A DNA stretch of 64,000 nucleotides from assembly GCA_030390025.1 (NCBI GenBank), contig CM059433.1:6822001-6886000 (forward strand), read 5' to 3'. Below the pieces are notes generated by a model, which saw only the letters and a list, made by a program, of their open reading frames with translations, had not been told where the DNA came from and did not search any database. The position numbers and the translations under genes are program-made. Source of the stretch: Squalus acanthias. Lineage: Eukaryota. Position 1 is the first letter of the stretch. Every line of letters begins with the position of its first letter. Positions 50,011-62,645 of the stretch are shown piece after piece.

Positions 50011-50744
50011 GATTTTTTTATTTCTTCAGTTAACTTTGCCATGTTCATCAGCACAAAAAGGATTTAGGACACGAAAACTAATGCAACTGTAAAAAAAAAC
50101 AGGACAGCTATGAAGAGCTGAAATTTACAATGTAAACAGGGTAGCTCCACTGAACTTGGCACTAGAAATAAATATTGAGCAAAGGTTAAGACACCAGGAC
50201 TCTGTAAACAAGGCACCGGTTCAACAGAAGAATTGAATCTAAAGCCTGCAGTATTTATATTCATTCCATTAAAAGATGTCACATGATATATTGTATGGTG
50301 TTCATTATACATTTAACTTGTAGCCAAGTCTACTCATTTTATTCCTTAATGATACCCCTAGAAAAGTACTTTTAATGCAGAAAAAGAGATAAAGTTTTAA
50401 AATTACTCATAACTTGGCCTCTGCGCAAACGTTTAGTCGTATGAAAGAACAGAAGAGCACTTGGGAAGTGTGTTTACTCCGAGACGTACATGACTTATCA
50501 TTTCTTTCACTGCTGGCTGGAAAATTCTGTCTCACCCAGAATAATGTACCTGTACAACAAAGCCCATGTAATACAAAACTGTGTTTACTTTTCATCTGCC
50601 ATACACGTTCAATAACCGAGACTACATTCAAGCATGGGCAAGTACTATAAAATGCAAAAATATAGGCCACTGCTACCAACATGCACCACAGAATATTTTG
50701 CCAAACATAGACCAAATACTCATTTTTAAAAATCTTTGCTCAAG

Positions 50745-51037
50745 AGCGGACATGAATTAAAGCAGCGGCAGCGGCGAGAGGATAAAGAGCGGCCCGAGAG
50801 CGGAGCTGAATTAAAGCAGCGGCAGCGGCGAGAGGATAAAGAGCGGCCCGAGAGCGGAGCTGAATTAAAGCAGCGGCGAGAGGATAAAGAGCGGCCCGAG
50901 AGCGGAGCTGAATTAAAGCAGCGGCAGTGGCGAGAGGATAAAGAGCGGCCCGAGAGCGGAGCTGAATTAAAGCAGCGGCAGCGGCGAGAGGATAAAGAGC
51001 GGCCCGAGAGCGGAGCTGAATTAAAGCAGCGGCAGCG
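50745..51037 (+). repeat. 54-bp tandem repeat (5 units, one of 48 bp, plus a partial unit) at the 5' end of a CR1
   Basis: gaattaaagcagcggcagcggcgagaggataaagagcggcccgagagcggagct repeated. Confidence 0.95.
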
Positions 51038-54000
51038 CTCCGATTCAAAAACAATCAAAGAATGACGTCACAGGAGAGCAGGTAGGTGATTGGTTGGTGA
51101 GTATTACAGCCTTTTTTTGCTCTCTAAGTTAGTAAGAGGGTTAAATTAAGAGCTGAAAAACTGTAACTTGCTAGTACTTATTAAATTAACAAACTAGATA
51201 AAATAAAACAATAAAACAAATATCGATTGAATAAAAGCAAATTTATTAATAAATATAACAAGGTTAGAGATGGCAGGGCAGGTGGTGTGTCGTAACTGCA
51301 GCATGTGGGAGTTTGTGGAGAGCATCGCGATCCCGAGCAACCACATCTGCAGTAAGTGTCTGCAACTCGAAGAGCTTTGGCTGAGAATTATTGAGCTGGA
51401 GTACAAGCTGCAGACATTGCGATGCACCAGGGAGGGGAGAGTTACCTGGACACTTTATTCCAGGAGGCAGTCACACCCTTTAGGTTAAATAGTACGAGTT
51501 CGTCAGTAGTCAGGGACAGGAGGGCGTGACTGCGAGTCAGGCAGGGATGGGGACCCAGGATGTAGTGATGGAGGAGCCTCAGCCCTTGATCTTCTGCAAC
51601 AAGTACGAGGTAGTTACTACCTGTCGGGATGAGGAAAAGGACTGCAGGGAGGATGGGCAAACTAACTACGGCACTGTGGTACAGGGGGCCATCCAAGTGG
51701 GGGGAGAAGGAAGGAATGTGGTAGGGGTTTCAATTAATGGGACACTGGCACCAGTACTGGGGAAAGAGGGAGCTGTTCCGTTGGGGCAGGCTTCACTTAA
51801 ACCGGGCTGGGACCAGCGTCCTGGCGAATCAAATAACTAGGGCTGTAGATAGGGCTTTAAACTAAAAAAGTTGGGGGGTCAGGTAAGGGGAAATTTAGAA
51901 ATCTAAAGAGAAAGGTCAAGAGAATTGAGCAGTGTAGCGATTTGGGTAAAAATAAGCGGAGTGTGACAGGAAGGGACAGAGTTTTTAACGGTATCAGTGC
52001 AGCAGGGAATAAGGTCAAAGCAGGGAATAATGGTAAAAATTTAAATTAAAGGCTCTTTATCTAAATGCACGAAGCATTTGTAACAAGATAGATGAACTGG
52101 TGGCACAAATAGAGATAAATGGGTTTGATCTAATAGTCATTACAGAGACATGGTTGTAAGGTGGCCAAGGTTGGGAACTAAATGTTCCAGGGTACTTGAC
52201 GTTTTGAAAAGAGAGGCAGAATGGAAAAAGAGGGGGATAACCCTGATATTAAAGGATGACATAAGGACAGCACAGAGAAAGGATCTCGGCTCGGAAGATC
52301 AGGAAGTAGAATCAGTATGGGTGGAGATAAGGAATAACAAGGGGCAGAAAACACTGGTGGGAGTAGTATATAGGCCCCCTAACAGTAGCTGTACCGTTGG
52401 ACAGAATATTAATCAAGAAATAGTAGGAGCTTGTAACAAAGGTAATGCAATAATCGTGGGGGACTTTAATCTTCATATAGACTGGACTAATCAAATTGGC
52501 AAAGGTAGTCTGGAGGACGAGTACATTGAATGCATTCGGGACAGTTTCCTAGAACAATACGTCATGGAACCAACCAGGGAACAGGCTATTTTAGATCTTG
52601 CATTGTGTAATGAGACAGGGCTAATTAGCAATCTCATAGTAAAGGATCCTCTGGGGCAGAGTGATCATAATATGATAGAATTTCATGTTAAGTTTGAGAG
52701 TGACTTGCCTAAGTCCGAAACTAGAGTCTTAAACTTAAATAAAGCCAATTACATAGGTATGAGGGGCGAGTTGGCTAAGGTAGATTGGAAAAATAGATTA
52801 AAAGGTATGGTGGTAGATAAACAGTGGCTAGCATTTAAAGAAATATTTCATAATTCTCAACAAAAATACATTCCATTGAGAAACAAAAACTCCATGGGAA
52901 AAGTGATCCAACCATGGCTAACTAAAGAAGTTAAGGATAGTATTAGACTGAAAGAAGCAGCTTATAATGTTGCGAAGAATAGTAGTAAGCCTGAGGATTG
53001 GGAGCGTTTCAGAAACCAGTAAAGGATGACCAAAAAATTGATAAAAAGGGAAAAAATAGAATGAGAGAAAACTAGCAGGCTGAGACAGGAGAAATTATTA
53101 TGGGGAATAAGGAAATGGCAGAAACGTTAAACAAATATTTTGTATCTGCCTTCATAGTTGAAAACACAAAAAGCATAACAAAATGGTGGTGAACCAAGGG
53201 TCTAATGAGGGTGAGGAACATAACATAATTAATATAAGTAGAGAAAAAGTACTAGAGAAACTAATGGGACTAAAAGCCGACAAATCCCCTAGACCTGACG
53301 GCCTGCATCCTAGGGTTCTAAAAAAGGTGGCTGCAGAGATAGTGGATGCATTGGTTTTGATCTTCCAAAATTCCCTAGATTCTAGAACAGTCCCAGTGGT
53401 TTGGAAGGTAGCAAATGTAACACTGCTATTCAAGAAAGGAGGGAGAGAGAAAACAGGGAACTACAGGCCAGTTAGCTTGACATCAGTCGTCAGGAAAATG
53501 CTGGAATCCATTGTTAAGGAAGTGGTATCAGGGCACTTAGAAAATCATAACATGATTAGGCAGAGTCAACCTGGTTTTATGAAAGGGAAATAGTGTTTGA
53601 CAAATTTATTAGTTTTTTGGGGATGTAACTAGCAGGGTAGATAAAGGGGAACCAGTGGATGTAGTATATTTGGATTTCCAAATGGCATTCGATAAGGTGC
53701 CACATAAAAGGTTATTACACAAGATAAGGACTCATGGGGTTGGGGGTAATATAGTAGCATGGATAGAGGATTGGTTAACGGAGAGAAAACAGAGAGTAGG
53801 GATAAACTGCTCTTTTTCAGGTTGGCAGGCTGTAACTAGTGGGGTGCCGCAAGGATCAGTGCTGGGGCCTCAGTTATTTACAATCTATATTAATGACCTA
53901 GATGAAGGGACCAAGTGTAATGTATCCAAGTTTGCTGACGATACAAAGCTAGGTGGGACTGTAAGCTGCGAGGAGAAGACAGAGTCTGCAAAGGGATATA

Positions 54001-54847
54001 GATAGACTATGTGAGTGGGCAGTAAGGTGGCAGATGGAGTATAATGTAGGGTTATTCACTTTGGTAGGAAGAATAGAAAAACAGAATTTTTTTTAAATGG
54101 TGAGAAACTTTCAAATGTTGGTGTTCAGAGAGATTTGGGTGTCCTCGTGCAAGAAACACAGAAAGCTAGCATGCAGGTACAGCAAGCAATAAGGAAGGCA
54201 AATGTCATGTTGGCCTTTATTGCAAGGGGGTTGGAGTATAAGAGTAAGGAAGTCTTGCCACAATTGTACAGGGCCTTGGTGAGCCTACACCTGGAGTACT
54301 GTGCACAGTTTTGATCGCCTTATCTGAGGAAGGATATACTTGCCTTGGAAGCGGTGCAACGAAGGTTCACTAGATTGATTCCTGGGATGAGAGGGCTGTC
54401 CTATGATGAGAGATTGTGTAGAATGGGCCTATACTCTCTGGAGTTTAGAAGAATGAGAGTGATCTCACTGAAACATACAAGATTCTGAAGGGGATTGACA
54501 GGGTAGATGCTGAGAGGTTGTTTCCCCTGGCTGGGGAGTCTGCAACTAGGGGCATAGTCTCAGGATAAGGGGTCGGCCATTTAAGACCGAGATGAGGAGG
54601 AATTTCTTCACTCAGAGGGTTGTGAATCTTTGGAATTCTCTGCCCCAGAGGGCTGTGAATGCTGAGTCTTTGAGTATATTCAAGGCTGAGATAGATAGAT
54701 TTTTGAACTCTTAGGGGGATCAAGGGATATGGAGATCGGGCGGGAAAGTGGAGTTGAGGTCGATGATCAGCCATGATCTTATTGAATGGCGGAGCAGGCT
54801 CGAGGGGCCGTATGGCCGACTCCTGCTCTTATTTCTTATGTTCTTAT
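50745..54847 (+). mobile_element. CR1 LINE 'D' retaining 5'UTR, ORF1 zinc-finger/coiled-coil start and disrupted ORF2; in TAF1B last intron
   Basis: MAGQVVCRNC...CSKCLQLEEL.LRI.ELE (51270); EN 52150-53022; RT pieces 53183-54005; ttcttatg tail. Confidence 0.92.
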
Positions 54848-55179
54848 AATGTTATAGAATTTTAATGCCCTTTCCTGCACAGAAAAATGTGCTGTACCTT
54901 TTCATCTTTTGAATTATATTTTAGCTTATTTATTAAAAGGGACTGTATTGGATATTTTTAGTAAATAGGTACATCAAATTGTGTTACATCAATATTGACA
55001 GCTATATTTAACCTCCACTACAGAGGTGATCTGGTACAAAACTGAACATGCTATTATTTGTTAATTCATAATTCAGAAATTTGATGTCAATTTCTTCTAA
55101 CTGCAAAGTGCAACAAATTCAGGAGAACTGGAATTATTAAATATGAGTAAGTTTTCTTGGAATGAAAACAAATACATAC

Positions 55180-55405
55180 TTATCTTTGCAAATTTTCAGA
55201 CAACTGAGCCAGTAGCGCTCATTGACAGTTGCGATCCTTTTACTTTTTTCATCCTCCCATCCTTCTAGGCTGTCTCCATGAAAGCAAGGTCTCTCCAAGT
55301 TGCCTTCACTCCAACTGAACCAGAAACTGGAAGGTCTGCTATTTTCCATCGCTTGATGGGAACTAGTGAGTCTAACAAATTGCTTCTTAAGACTGTGGAT
55401 CATAC
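55180..55405 (-). CDS. TAF1B: TAF1B penultimate coding exon, 226 nt, MIHSLKKQF...PSSFWFSW...CFHGDSLEG...YWLSCLKICKD(K)
   Basis: ttttag|GT ATG...GAT AA|gtatgt; similar to recalled human PSSFQFNW...CFHGHSLQG...YWLS. Confidence 0.92.
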
Positions 55406-55609
55406 CTAAAATTAATTGAAAAATAAAATAACCTCAAATTTCAAAACCAGGAGAAGGCAATGCTCCATTTTTTTTTTAAAATATAAAAGTGGTGACTTCT
55501 GGCTACCAACTCATGTCAAAATTTTACGGTGGATTTTTTGCTCATCAAGGTGTGGGATATCGGTGCTCATTTCAGGTACCTCCCATCAGTTTCAAACACA
55601 CCTAGGTCA

Positions 55610-56020
55610 GCAGCTCCCTCCAATGGCTAGTGAGTAAATACACTGCATGAATGACATAACACTGAGCCATATACAGCAGAAGGTCTGATCTCCAAACTAT
55701 GCTGAGCTCAGCCAGGACATCAGTTGGGCCACTACAATTGGCCTCAGCTCCTCTGGGCTAGGGAGGGAGTTGTGGGGGGGGGGGCAGGGGAGAAATCAGC
55801 CAGCATGCTCTTTCTTGACTACTAGCCAATGAACCCTGCTAGAAAGTATGCATGTGGATGTCAGGTGAGGGTAATAGGCTCAGCTATAGTGGCCCTCCTC
55901 AGTCCAATATTGCACCAATGCTCACTGCCTAGGCTCACACATGAAATAGCTGCCTGTGTCTGGTAAATCACAGTTAAGGAAGAGTCAGTGCCTTAACAAT
56001 TGAAGGAGAAAACTGGGAGT
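55610..56020 (+). mobile_element. Old SINE-like repeat related to 7035-7315
   Basis: Shared ctacaattgg, atcagc and gct(a/g)gaaagt...gtggat blocks. Confidence 0.5.
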
Positions 56021-57180
56021 TAAAAAAACACTAGTCAATTATAGCACAGCAGCCCCTCAACTTAGCCCCAATCTCATTAAAATATGAGAAGTCGCACAAC
56101 ACCAGGTTAAAATATCCCCTACTAGAAAGTATCATCGACTATGTATTTTTCCACTTCCCCAAGCAGCCACTCTTAATTTGTGGCAGATTGCCAGTTTTGT
56201 GCTATGGTTCTGCACTCACATAGAATTGAGTCCAGAACTAACTTGCATCTGGCTATCTGCAAACCATATATTTCAGTGCCCTACCTCTATACTTGGTGGA
56301 CCAAACACCAACTAGCCACCTAGCCTGTGACAAAATTCTATGTGATCCTGACTCTACATACTTGCTTTAATATGACGGCGATTTTAATTATGATCCAACG
56401 CTAAGTATTGATAAACTAATTAAGTGGCAGTTCTTTGCCATACCTAGGGGCCTGTAATACCACTGTGAAGCCAACTTTGGCAGAATCGGAATCTCTGATC
56501 ATACCTTCCACTCAAATCCACAAAGTTTCTACTTGTATCTGAATTTTTTTCCCCCCCATCATCCTCATCCAGAAAGAAAGTCAATAACATTATAAACCAA
56601 TAATACTATACATCATCTTCCTGCTGGATTACCCTCCCAATAGAGATTCACTGGCAGCCTTTTCTGAGACTGAGTTTGTCCCCATATTCATTTTTAATTG
56701 AATTCATTCCTGCAACTAAATTTGTCATTGAAAATCACCCATGTCTGGGAAAGCACCAGATTATTTCTTAGGCCAAAACTATTGCCTATTTCAAGAGGCA
56801 AATAAAAAATTGCTAGAATCTAGAATATCCTGGAAGTATGGATCTAAACACAACTTCACACCCTGGCTCTACTTCGTTGAGCACACAAAGCCTAAACAAG
56901 CAATGTCAGATACTGCAAAGATGGCATACACAAGATTCTCTTCCGACAACTGCGCAGGACTATGACCAAGTTCAGCTTGACATTCCCCAGATCTTTAGAA
57001 GCCAATATAGCCATATCATCATATTTTTCTCCATTAAATTGTCTAGGCCATGCTCATGCATATTCTTGCACATTAGAAACTTTTGAAAATTGAAAAGGTT
57101 ACACAAGAAAGATTTTCACGTTTCAAAAAAAATCAATTTCATCAGGATCACATACACACAAACAAAATAAATCTACTTAC

Positions 57181-57251
57181 GTTTCCTTTTGTAGATCACT
57201 GACTTGTCTTTTATAGAAAAGAATAGTGGTTTTTCACATTTCCACAAGTGC
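57181..57251 (-). CDS. TAF1B: TAF1B internal coding exon, 71 nt, HLWKCEKPLFFSIKDKSVIYKRK(R)
   Basis: tttcacag|G...AAAC|gtaagt; phases 2/1; similar to recalled human YLWKSEKPLYSFVDKPVAYKKR. Confidence 0.9.
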
Positions 57252-58289
57252 CTGTGAAATCCAATGCATATCTTAGCAGTATTTTTTGGCACACATGTGC
57301 TACAATTTATTTCATATTCTGAAATTTTTCCAATTAGAAAATCCACTGATGTCATTTGTCACCACATTTCCTCCGTAATCTGTGACTAACTAACGAGTGC
57401 ATTTCTATTGGACAGGGATAAGCCTGCTCATTTTATTTCCCAGCATAAGATGAAGCACTCGGCCAGTCAGATGTGCTTCATCTACATATAAAGCTAAAAT
57501 CCAGCAAAAAATTAATTCAATGACACATCAGAACTATATGCTGGTAAAGCTTTCCCAGTTTCTCTTTGCAGAAGAGTTATTGGGTAACTCAATTATCAGT
57601 CAAAACTAAGACATTATCTCCACGTTCTCCATGGAGATAGTTTGAAATTAATTACTTTCACTGCCAACACTGACAGATATGGTTCGTCATCAATTAAGTG
57701 AAATGTTATAAAGTTACATTTTTCCTGGGACAAATTTTAAAGCAGACTCAATAATTTGGATTACAACCCAAGTCCTCCTAATAGGGTTATATTGATCAAT
57801 GTGCCTAAGAGCTAAGACTGGGACTCATGTGGCATTTGTCAAGGAAAGACATCCTATCCTTTAAAGATTCTCTCATAGCATTTGCCACCACATCAAGTCT
57901 GTTTCAAAAGATTGAGAAATTGATCAAAATCTTAAAAGTTGTGCCGAGTGGAAAGGCAACAAAAGTAGAAGCTGCAATCATTAGTAACTAGAAAGTTCCT
58001 GCAACAGGAATGCAAGTACTACAAGATCAGAAGGCAAAGACAATGCATCATCACAAAGTACTGTTTTACAAAACAAACAATACTCTAGAGAGAATGATTC
58101 AATGCTACATAGAGTTTCAGACTGAAGTTGACAAAAAGGAACTAGTTTGAAACTATTAAAACAAGAAAAACACTTATGACAAGTGAAAACAGCAACACTT
58201 TCTCACAAGAAAGTAAATGGCACCACTAATGGGAAACCTGCAAAAACACGAAGGTGCAGCCCAGGGCATAGTATTTATACTATGAACAC

Positions 58290-58850
58290 TCCAGCGCAGT
58301 GCTGCACTGTCAGAGGTTCCCTCTTTCGAATGAGAAGTTAAACAGAGGCCCCGTCTGCCCTCTCAGGTGGACATAAAAGATCCCACGGCACTATTTCGGA
58401 GACGAGAAGGGGAGTTATGCCTGGTGTCCTGGCCAATATTTATCCCTCAGCCAACATCACTAAGACAGTACGATAGCAAAATACTGCGGATGCTGGAAAT
58501 CCGAAATAACAGAAAACGCTGGAAAAACTCAGCAGGCCAGGCAGCATCCGTGGAGAGAGAAAGAGAGTCAACGTTTCAGGTCATCGACCTGAAACGTTAA
58601 CTCTCTTTCTCTCTCCACGGATGCTGCCTGGCCTGCTGAGTTTTTCCAGCGTTTTCTGTTGTTATTTCACGAAGACAGTATCTGGTCATTATCTCACTGC
58701 TGTTTGAGAGAGCTTGCTGTGTGCAAATTGGCGGCCGCATTTCCAACATTACAACAGTGACTACACCTCAAAAGTATTTAACTGGCTGTAAAGTGCTTTG
58801 AGGTCGTGACAGGTGCTACATGAATGTAAGTTCTTTCTTTGTTTTCTTTC
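58290..58850 (+). mobile_element. DeuSINE-like SINE (5'-truncated) split by a palindromic PLE-end insertion
   Basis: SINE core stops at 58470 and resumes at 58681 (tctggtcattatc). Confidence 0.85.
58471..58671. mobile_element. Palindromic PLE-end insertion, TSD aagacagta
   Basis: ~75-bp arms with 1 mismatch around loop ATC (58583-58585); 9-bp duplication at 58462-58470 and 58672-58680. Confidence 0.88.
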
Positions 58851-59689
58851 TTTCTAGGACAACAGGGATAGGTTAATTTTAAGTCTTCAAGACTGGTTGC
58901 AAAGAGACCACTTCCCAGTGATCTCTCCAATTAGATCATTAGGTCAAGATGGAAGGTAAGTGATTGAGGAAGAAACTATTTATAGGTTCCATAAATCTTC
59001 ACTCACCTCGAAAGAAACAGGAAAAAAATTAAAATGGGGAAAGGATACTATTCTCACAAAATAATCAATCTGTTAACCTTAATTGCCTAATTTTCTCAGT
59101 GGCTGTCTCCACATAGAACAGATATTTGCAAATAATTATAAAGCAGTAATTTCTTCAAGAAAAAAACTGAGTGAAGCTTCAATAATTTACAGTAGTCAAC
59201 TGAATAATCCAACAGATCAAATGTAAAATCTCTGCAAATTTCTACACCTTTATGTCCCCTCCCATGTCCTCCTTGGTCCAGACTCCGGCCTCCTATGCAT
59301 GGCCCCTTCTTTCCATACCACCGTTGATGGTAAAACTTTGTCATCTTGACCCTACCCTTTGGAGCTCTCTCCCGAATCTCCTTTTGCCTCTCAACCTTTT
59401 AAATAAGTTGCAAACCCATCTCTTCCATGAAGCTTTGGTTGACGTCACTCATTCTTCCCACAGCGACTATATTGAGATATTTTCAATTTTATACAGAAAG
59501 CTTACTTTTTTGGTCAAGCTTTAGGCTGATCCTCGGTATGGATACCAGCTTTTAATCCAGCTGTATGACATTTATACAAGAGGATTAACAATTAGAACGC
59601 TATTACTGCATTTTATAAATAATCTGTAGTTGCTTACGAGAAAAATTCAATGTCCAGTAAATGTTCTATGAAAGTAATGGATACTTTAC

Positions 59690-59780
59690 CTGGCTGCCTG
59701 CTCTTCCACTTCCTTCTCACTTTCATCCAAACAGTGTCTCATTACCTTGTACCATTTTCTGTATTGAAAGAGTTTAATAC
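59690..59780 (-). CDS. TAF1B: TAF1B internal coding exon, 91 nt, GIKLFQYRKWYKVMRHCLDESEKEVEEQAA(R)
   Basis: ttttgttag|GT...CCAG|gtaaag; phases 1/2 fit both neighbours; FxxRKWY motif as recalled for human TAF1B. Confidence 0.88.
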
Positions 59781-61134
59781 CTAACAAAAAACATGAACCA
59801 TGAAAGAAAAAGAAAAGTTCTAATGAAGGTGGATACTTGAAACATTAACCTGTCTTTTTTCTTAACAGATCCTGCCAGGATTGGGTGTGTATTTTCTGGT
59901 TTTATTTTATATCACCATGTTTCTTTTAACTTTAGAACCTCTAAATTTTTGCTTAATTTACACTCTTCAAGGCCAATGTACCAGAAGCAGGTTGGTATAT
60001 TCAATAAAAAACATTTCTTTCCCATCCCAATAATGTATACAAGCTTCATTTTAAAAACTTGCCACTTATAGGCAGAAGCCCCCAATTAATTATTTCTCGA
60101 CTGGTGGACCAGGATTGTTACTTCACTTGCAGATGCATATTCACACATTTACCCCTCAGGGCTCAGTCCATACCAAGCTGAGTAGGAACTGACAAAGTCA
60201 AAATGAAGTAGCCAGTTTATAATTAATTAAGTGACTCACTGCGTTCCTTTCTCAATTGTATTTGAAAACAAATGTAGCCAACATTTACTTCCCTTTAGAA
60301 ATGGAAAAATAACTACAGTAAAATGCACCATGAGAATGTGTGATGCTTAATATTAGAGACAAGATAAGAAATGCACAAAGGCACAAATTCAAGATCAACA
60401 TAACAATTACCACTCCCCACACATGCTCTAGACCAGACGACTGTTGGACAGACTGAAGCTAGAAGGGGACCCTCCTATACAAAAACTGGTCATGCCTCCG
60501 GAGTCGTCTCCTGGATAGCAGCCCAGGAGACTACAAGTGCCATGACCAATCTTGCAATTGCATTGGACCCAAACTGACATTGCTGGGATGCCCACTGAAG
60601 AGCGAGGCCTCCCTGCAGGCTAGCACAGCTCTCACTACTAGCTGCATTCCCCTTCTGTGGTGAAGTGCAGCCCTCCCCACAACAAACACATAGCTGAAGC
60701 ACATGCAAGACATATCCCAATCATAACAAAGGATGTACATCCTCCAACTGGAACTGGGGAAATACCAAGCCAGCTATGGAGAGGGTTTGGAGGCTCACTC
60801 AGCACAAACTGCCTTCCACCCCCTCAGCATATCAACTCACCCTCTGACCATGAAGGGCAATGGTCCCAATTAATAATACCACTAACATGCAAGGGTCTTT
60901 TCCCACCCTACTGCCCAGTCCCCAAGCCTAACTAATCTCAAGAACCAAGACAAAATGCACTGCTTGGCCCACCGTACTCATAGTGCAAACAAGAGAGATG
61001 CCAAGAAACCTAGATTATCAATGCTTTCCTCTGCAAGCACTACGTAATCAAAATGTACAACGGCTTCATAAAATTTATATATGTGAATGCACTTTTTCCA
61101 AGAGTTAAAAATGCAAATAAAGGACTAATAAAAA

Positions 61135-62410
61135 GAGAGCCAGCACAGATTTGTTAAGGGCAAATCGTGTTTGACTAACTTGATGGAGTTTTTTTGTTGA
61201 GGTAACAGGTGGATGAGGGCCACGCAGTTGATGTTATGTATATGGACTTTCAAAAGGCGTTTGATAAAGTACCACATAATAGGCTTGTTAGCACAATTGA
61301 AGCCTATGGGATAAAAGGGGCAGTAGCAACATGGATACAAAATTGGCTAAGGGATAGAAAACAGAGTTGTGGTGAATGGCTGTTTTTCAGACTGGAGGGA
61401 GGTATACAGTGGCGTTCCCCAGGGTTCAGTACTAGGACCACTGCTGTTTTTCCATATACATTAATGACTTGGACTTTGGGATACAGGGCACAATTTTGAA
61501 ATTTGCAGATGACACAAAACTTGGAAGTGTAGTAAACAGTGAAGAAGATAGTAAGAGACTTCAAGAAGACAGACAGGCTAGTGGAATGGGCGGACACATG
61601 GCAGATGAAATTCAACGCAGAAAAGGGCAAGGTGATACATTTTGATAGGAAGAATGAGGAGAGACAATACAAGCTAAATGGTACAATTTTAAAGGGGGTG
61701 CAAAAAGAGAGAGACCGGGGGTGTTTGTGCACAAATCTTTGAAGGTGGCAGGACAGGTTAACAAAGTAGTTAATAAGGCTTATGGGATCCTGGGCTTTAT
61801 AAATAGAAGCATAGAGTACAAAAGCTAGGAAGTTATGCTAAACCTATATAAAAACACTTGTTTGGCCCGAGCTGGAGTATTCTGGGCACCACACTTTAGG
61901 AAAGACGTGAAGGCTTTGGAGAGGGTACAGAAGAGATTTATTAGAATGGTTCCAGAGATGAGGGCTTACAGTTACATGGATAGACTGGAGAAGCTGGGCT
62001 TGTTTTCCTTAGAGCAGAAAAGGCTAAGAAGAGATTTGATCGAGGGGCTTAACGTCATGAAGGGTTTAGATAGAGTAAATAAAGAGAAACTGTTCCCAAT
62101 AGCTGAAGGGTCGATAACCACAGGGCACAGATTTAAGGCAATTGGCAAAAGAACCAGTGGTGATTTGAGGAAAAACGTTTTTACGCAATGAGTGGTTAGG
62201 ATTTGGAATGCACTGCTCGATAGGGTGGTGGATACAGATTCAATAGTAGCCTTCAAAAGGGAATTGGATGAATAGTTGGAGAAAAAAATGCAGGGATATG
62301 GGGAAAATGTTGGAGTGGGACTAACTGGATTGCTCTTCAAAAGACCGGACGCAGATTTGATGGGCCGAATGGCCTCCTTCCGTGCTGTACTATTCTATGA
62401 TCCTATGATT
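61135..62410 (+). mobile_element. 5'-truncated degraded CR1 LINE in a TAF1B intron
   Basis: [29 protein letters not shown] motifs; (ctatga)n tail. Confidence 0.92.
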
Positions 62411-62598
62411 AGAAATTAAATAAAAACAAAAACTGCTGGAACTGTACAGCAAGTCGCTCTATATCTCAAACCCAAAATAAACAAATCATGTTGATTATTA
62501 AGTGAGTTTTTAGTATGAGTTATAGAATCCCTTCCTCCATGACCACCATAAAACTGAAATGTAGATTTGCATATTCAACAGCAATGATAGTTAAATAC

Positions 62599-62645
62599 CT
62601 TCATGGTTTTGTTTGTTTATCTCATCCACTCTGTTAGATAGCAAC
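62599..62645 (-). CDS. TAF1B: TAF1B (SL1/TIF-IB subunit B) internal coding exon, 47 nt, (W)LLSNRVDEINKQNHE(G)
   Basis: ttaacag|G...GAAG|gtattt splice sites; end phase 1 fits the next exon; resembles recalled human W-SLSNLAEKHNEKNKK-D. Confidence 0.8.

Noticed and set aside
50745..51037. CRISPR-like appearance of regular repeats
   Set aside because: Head-to-tail units with no unique spacers, no cas genes, eukaryotic context
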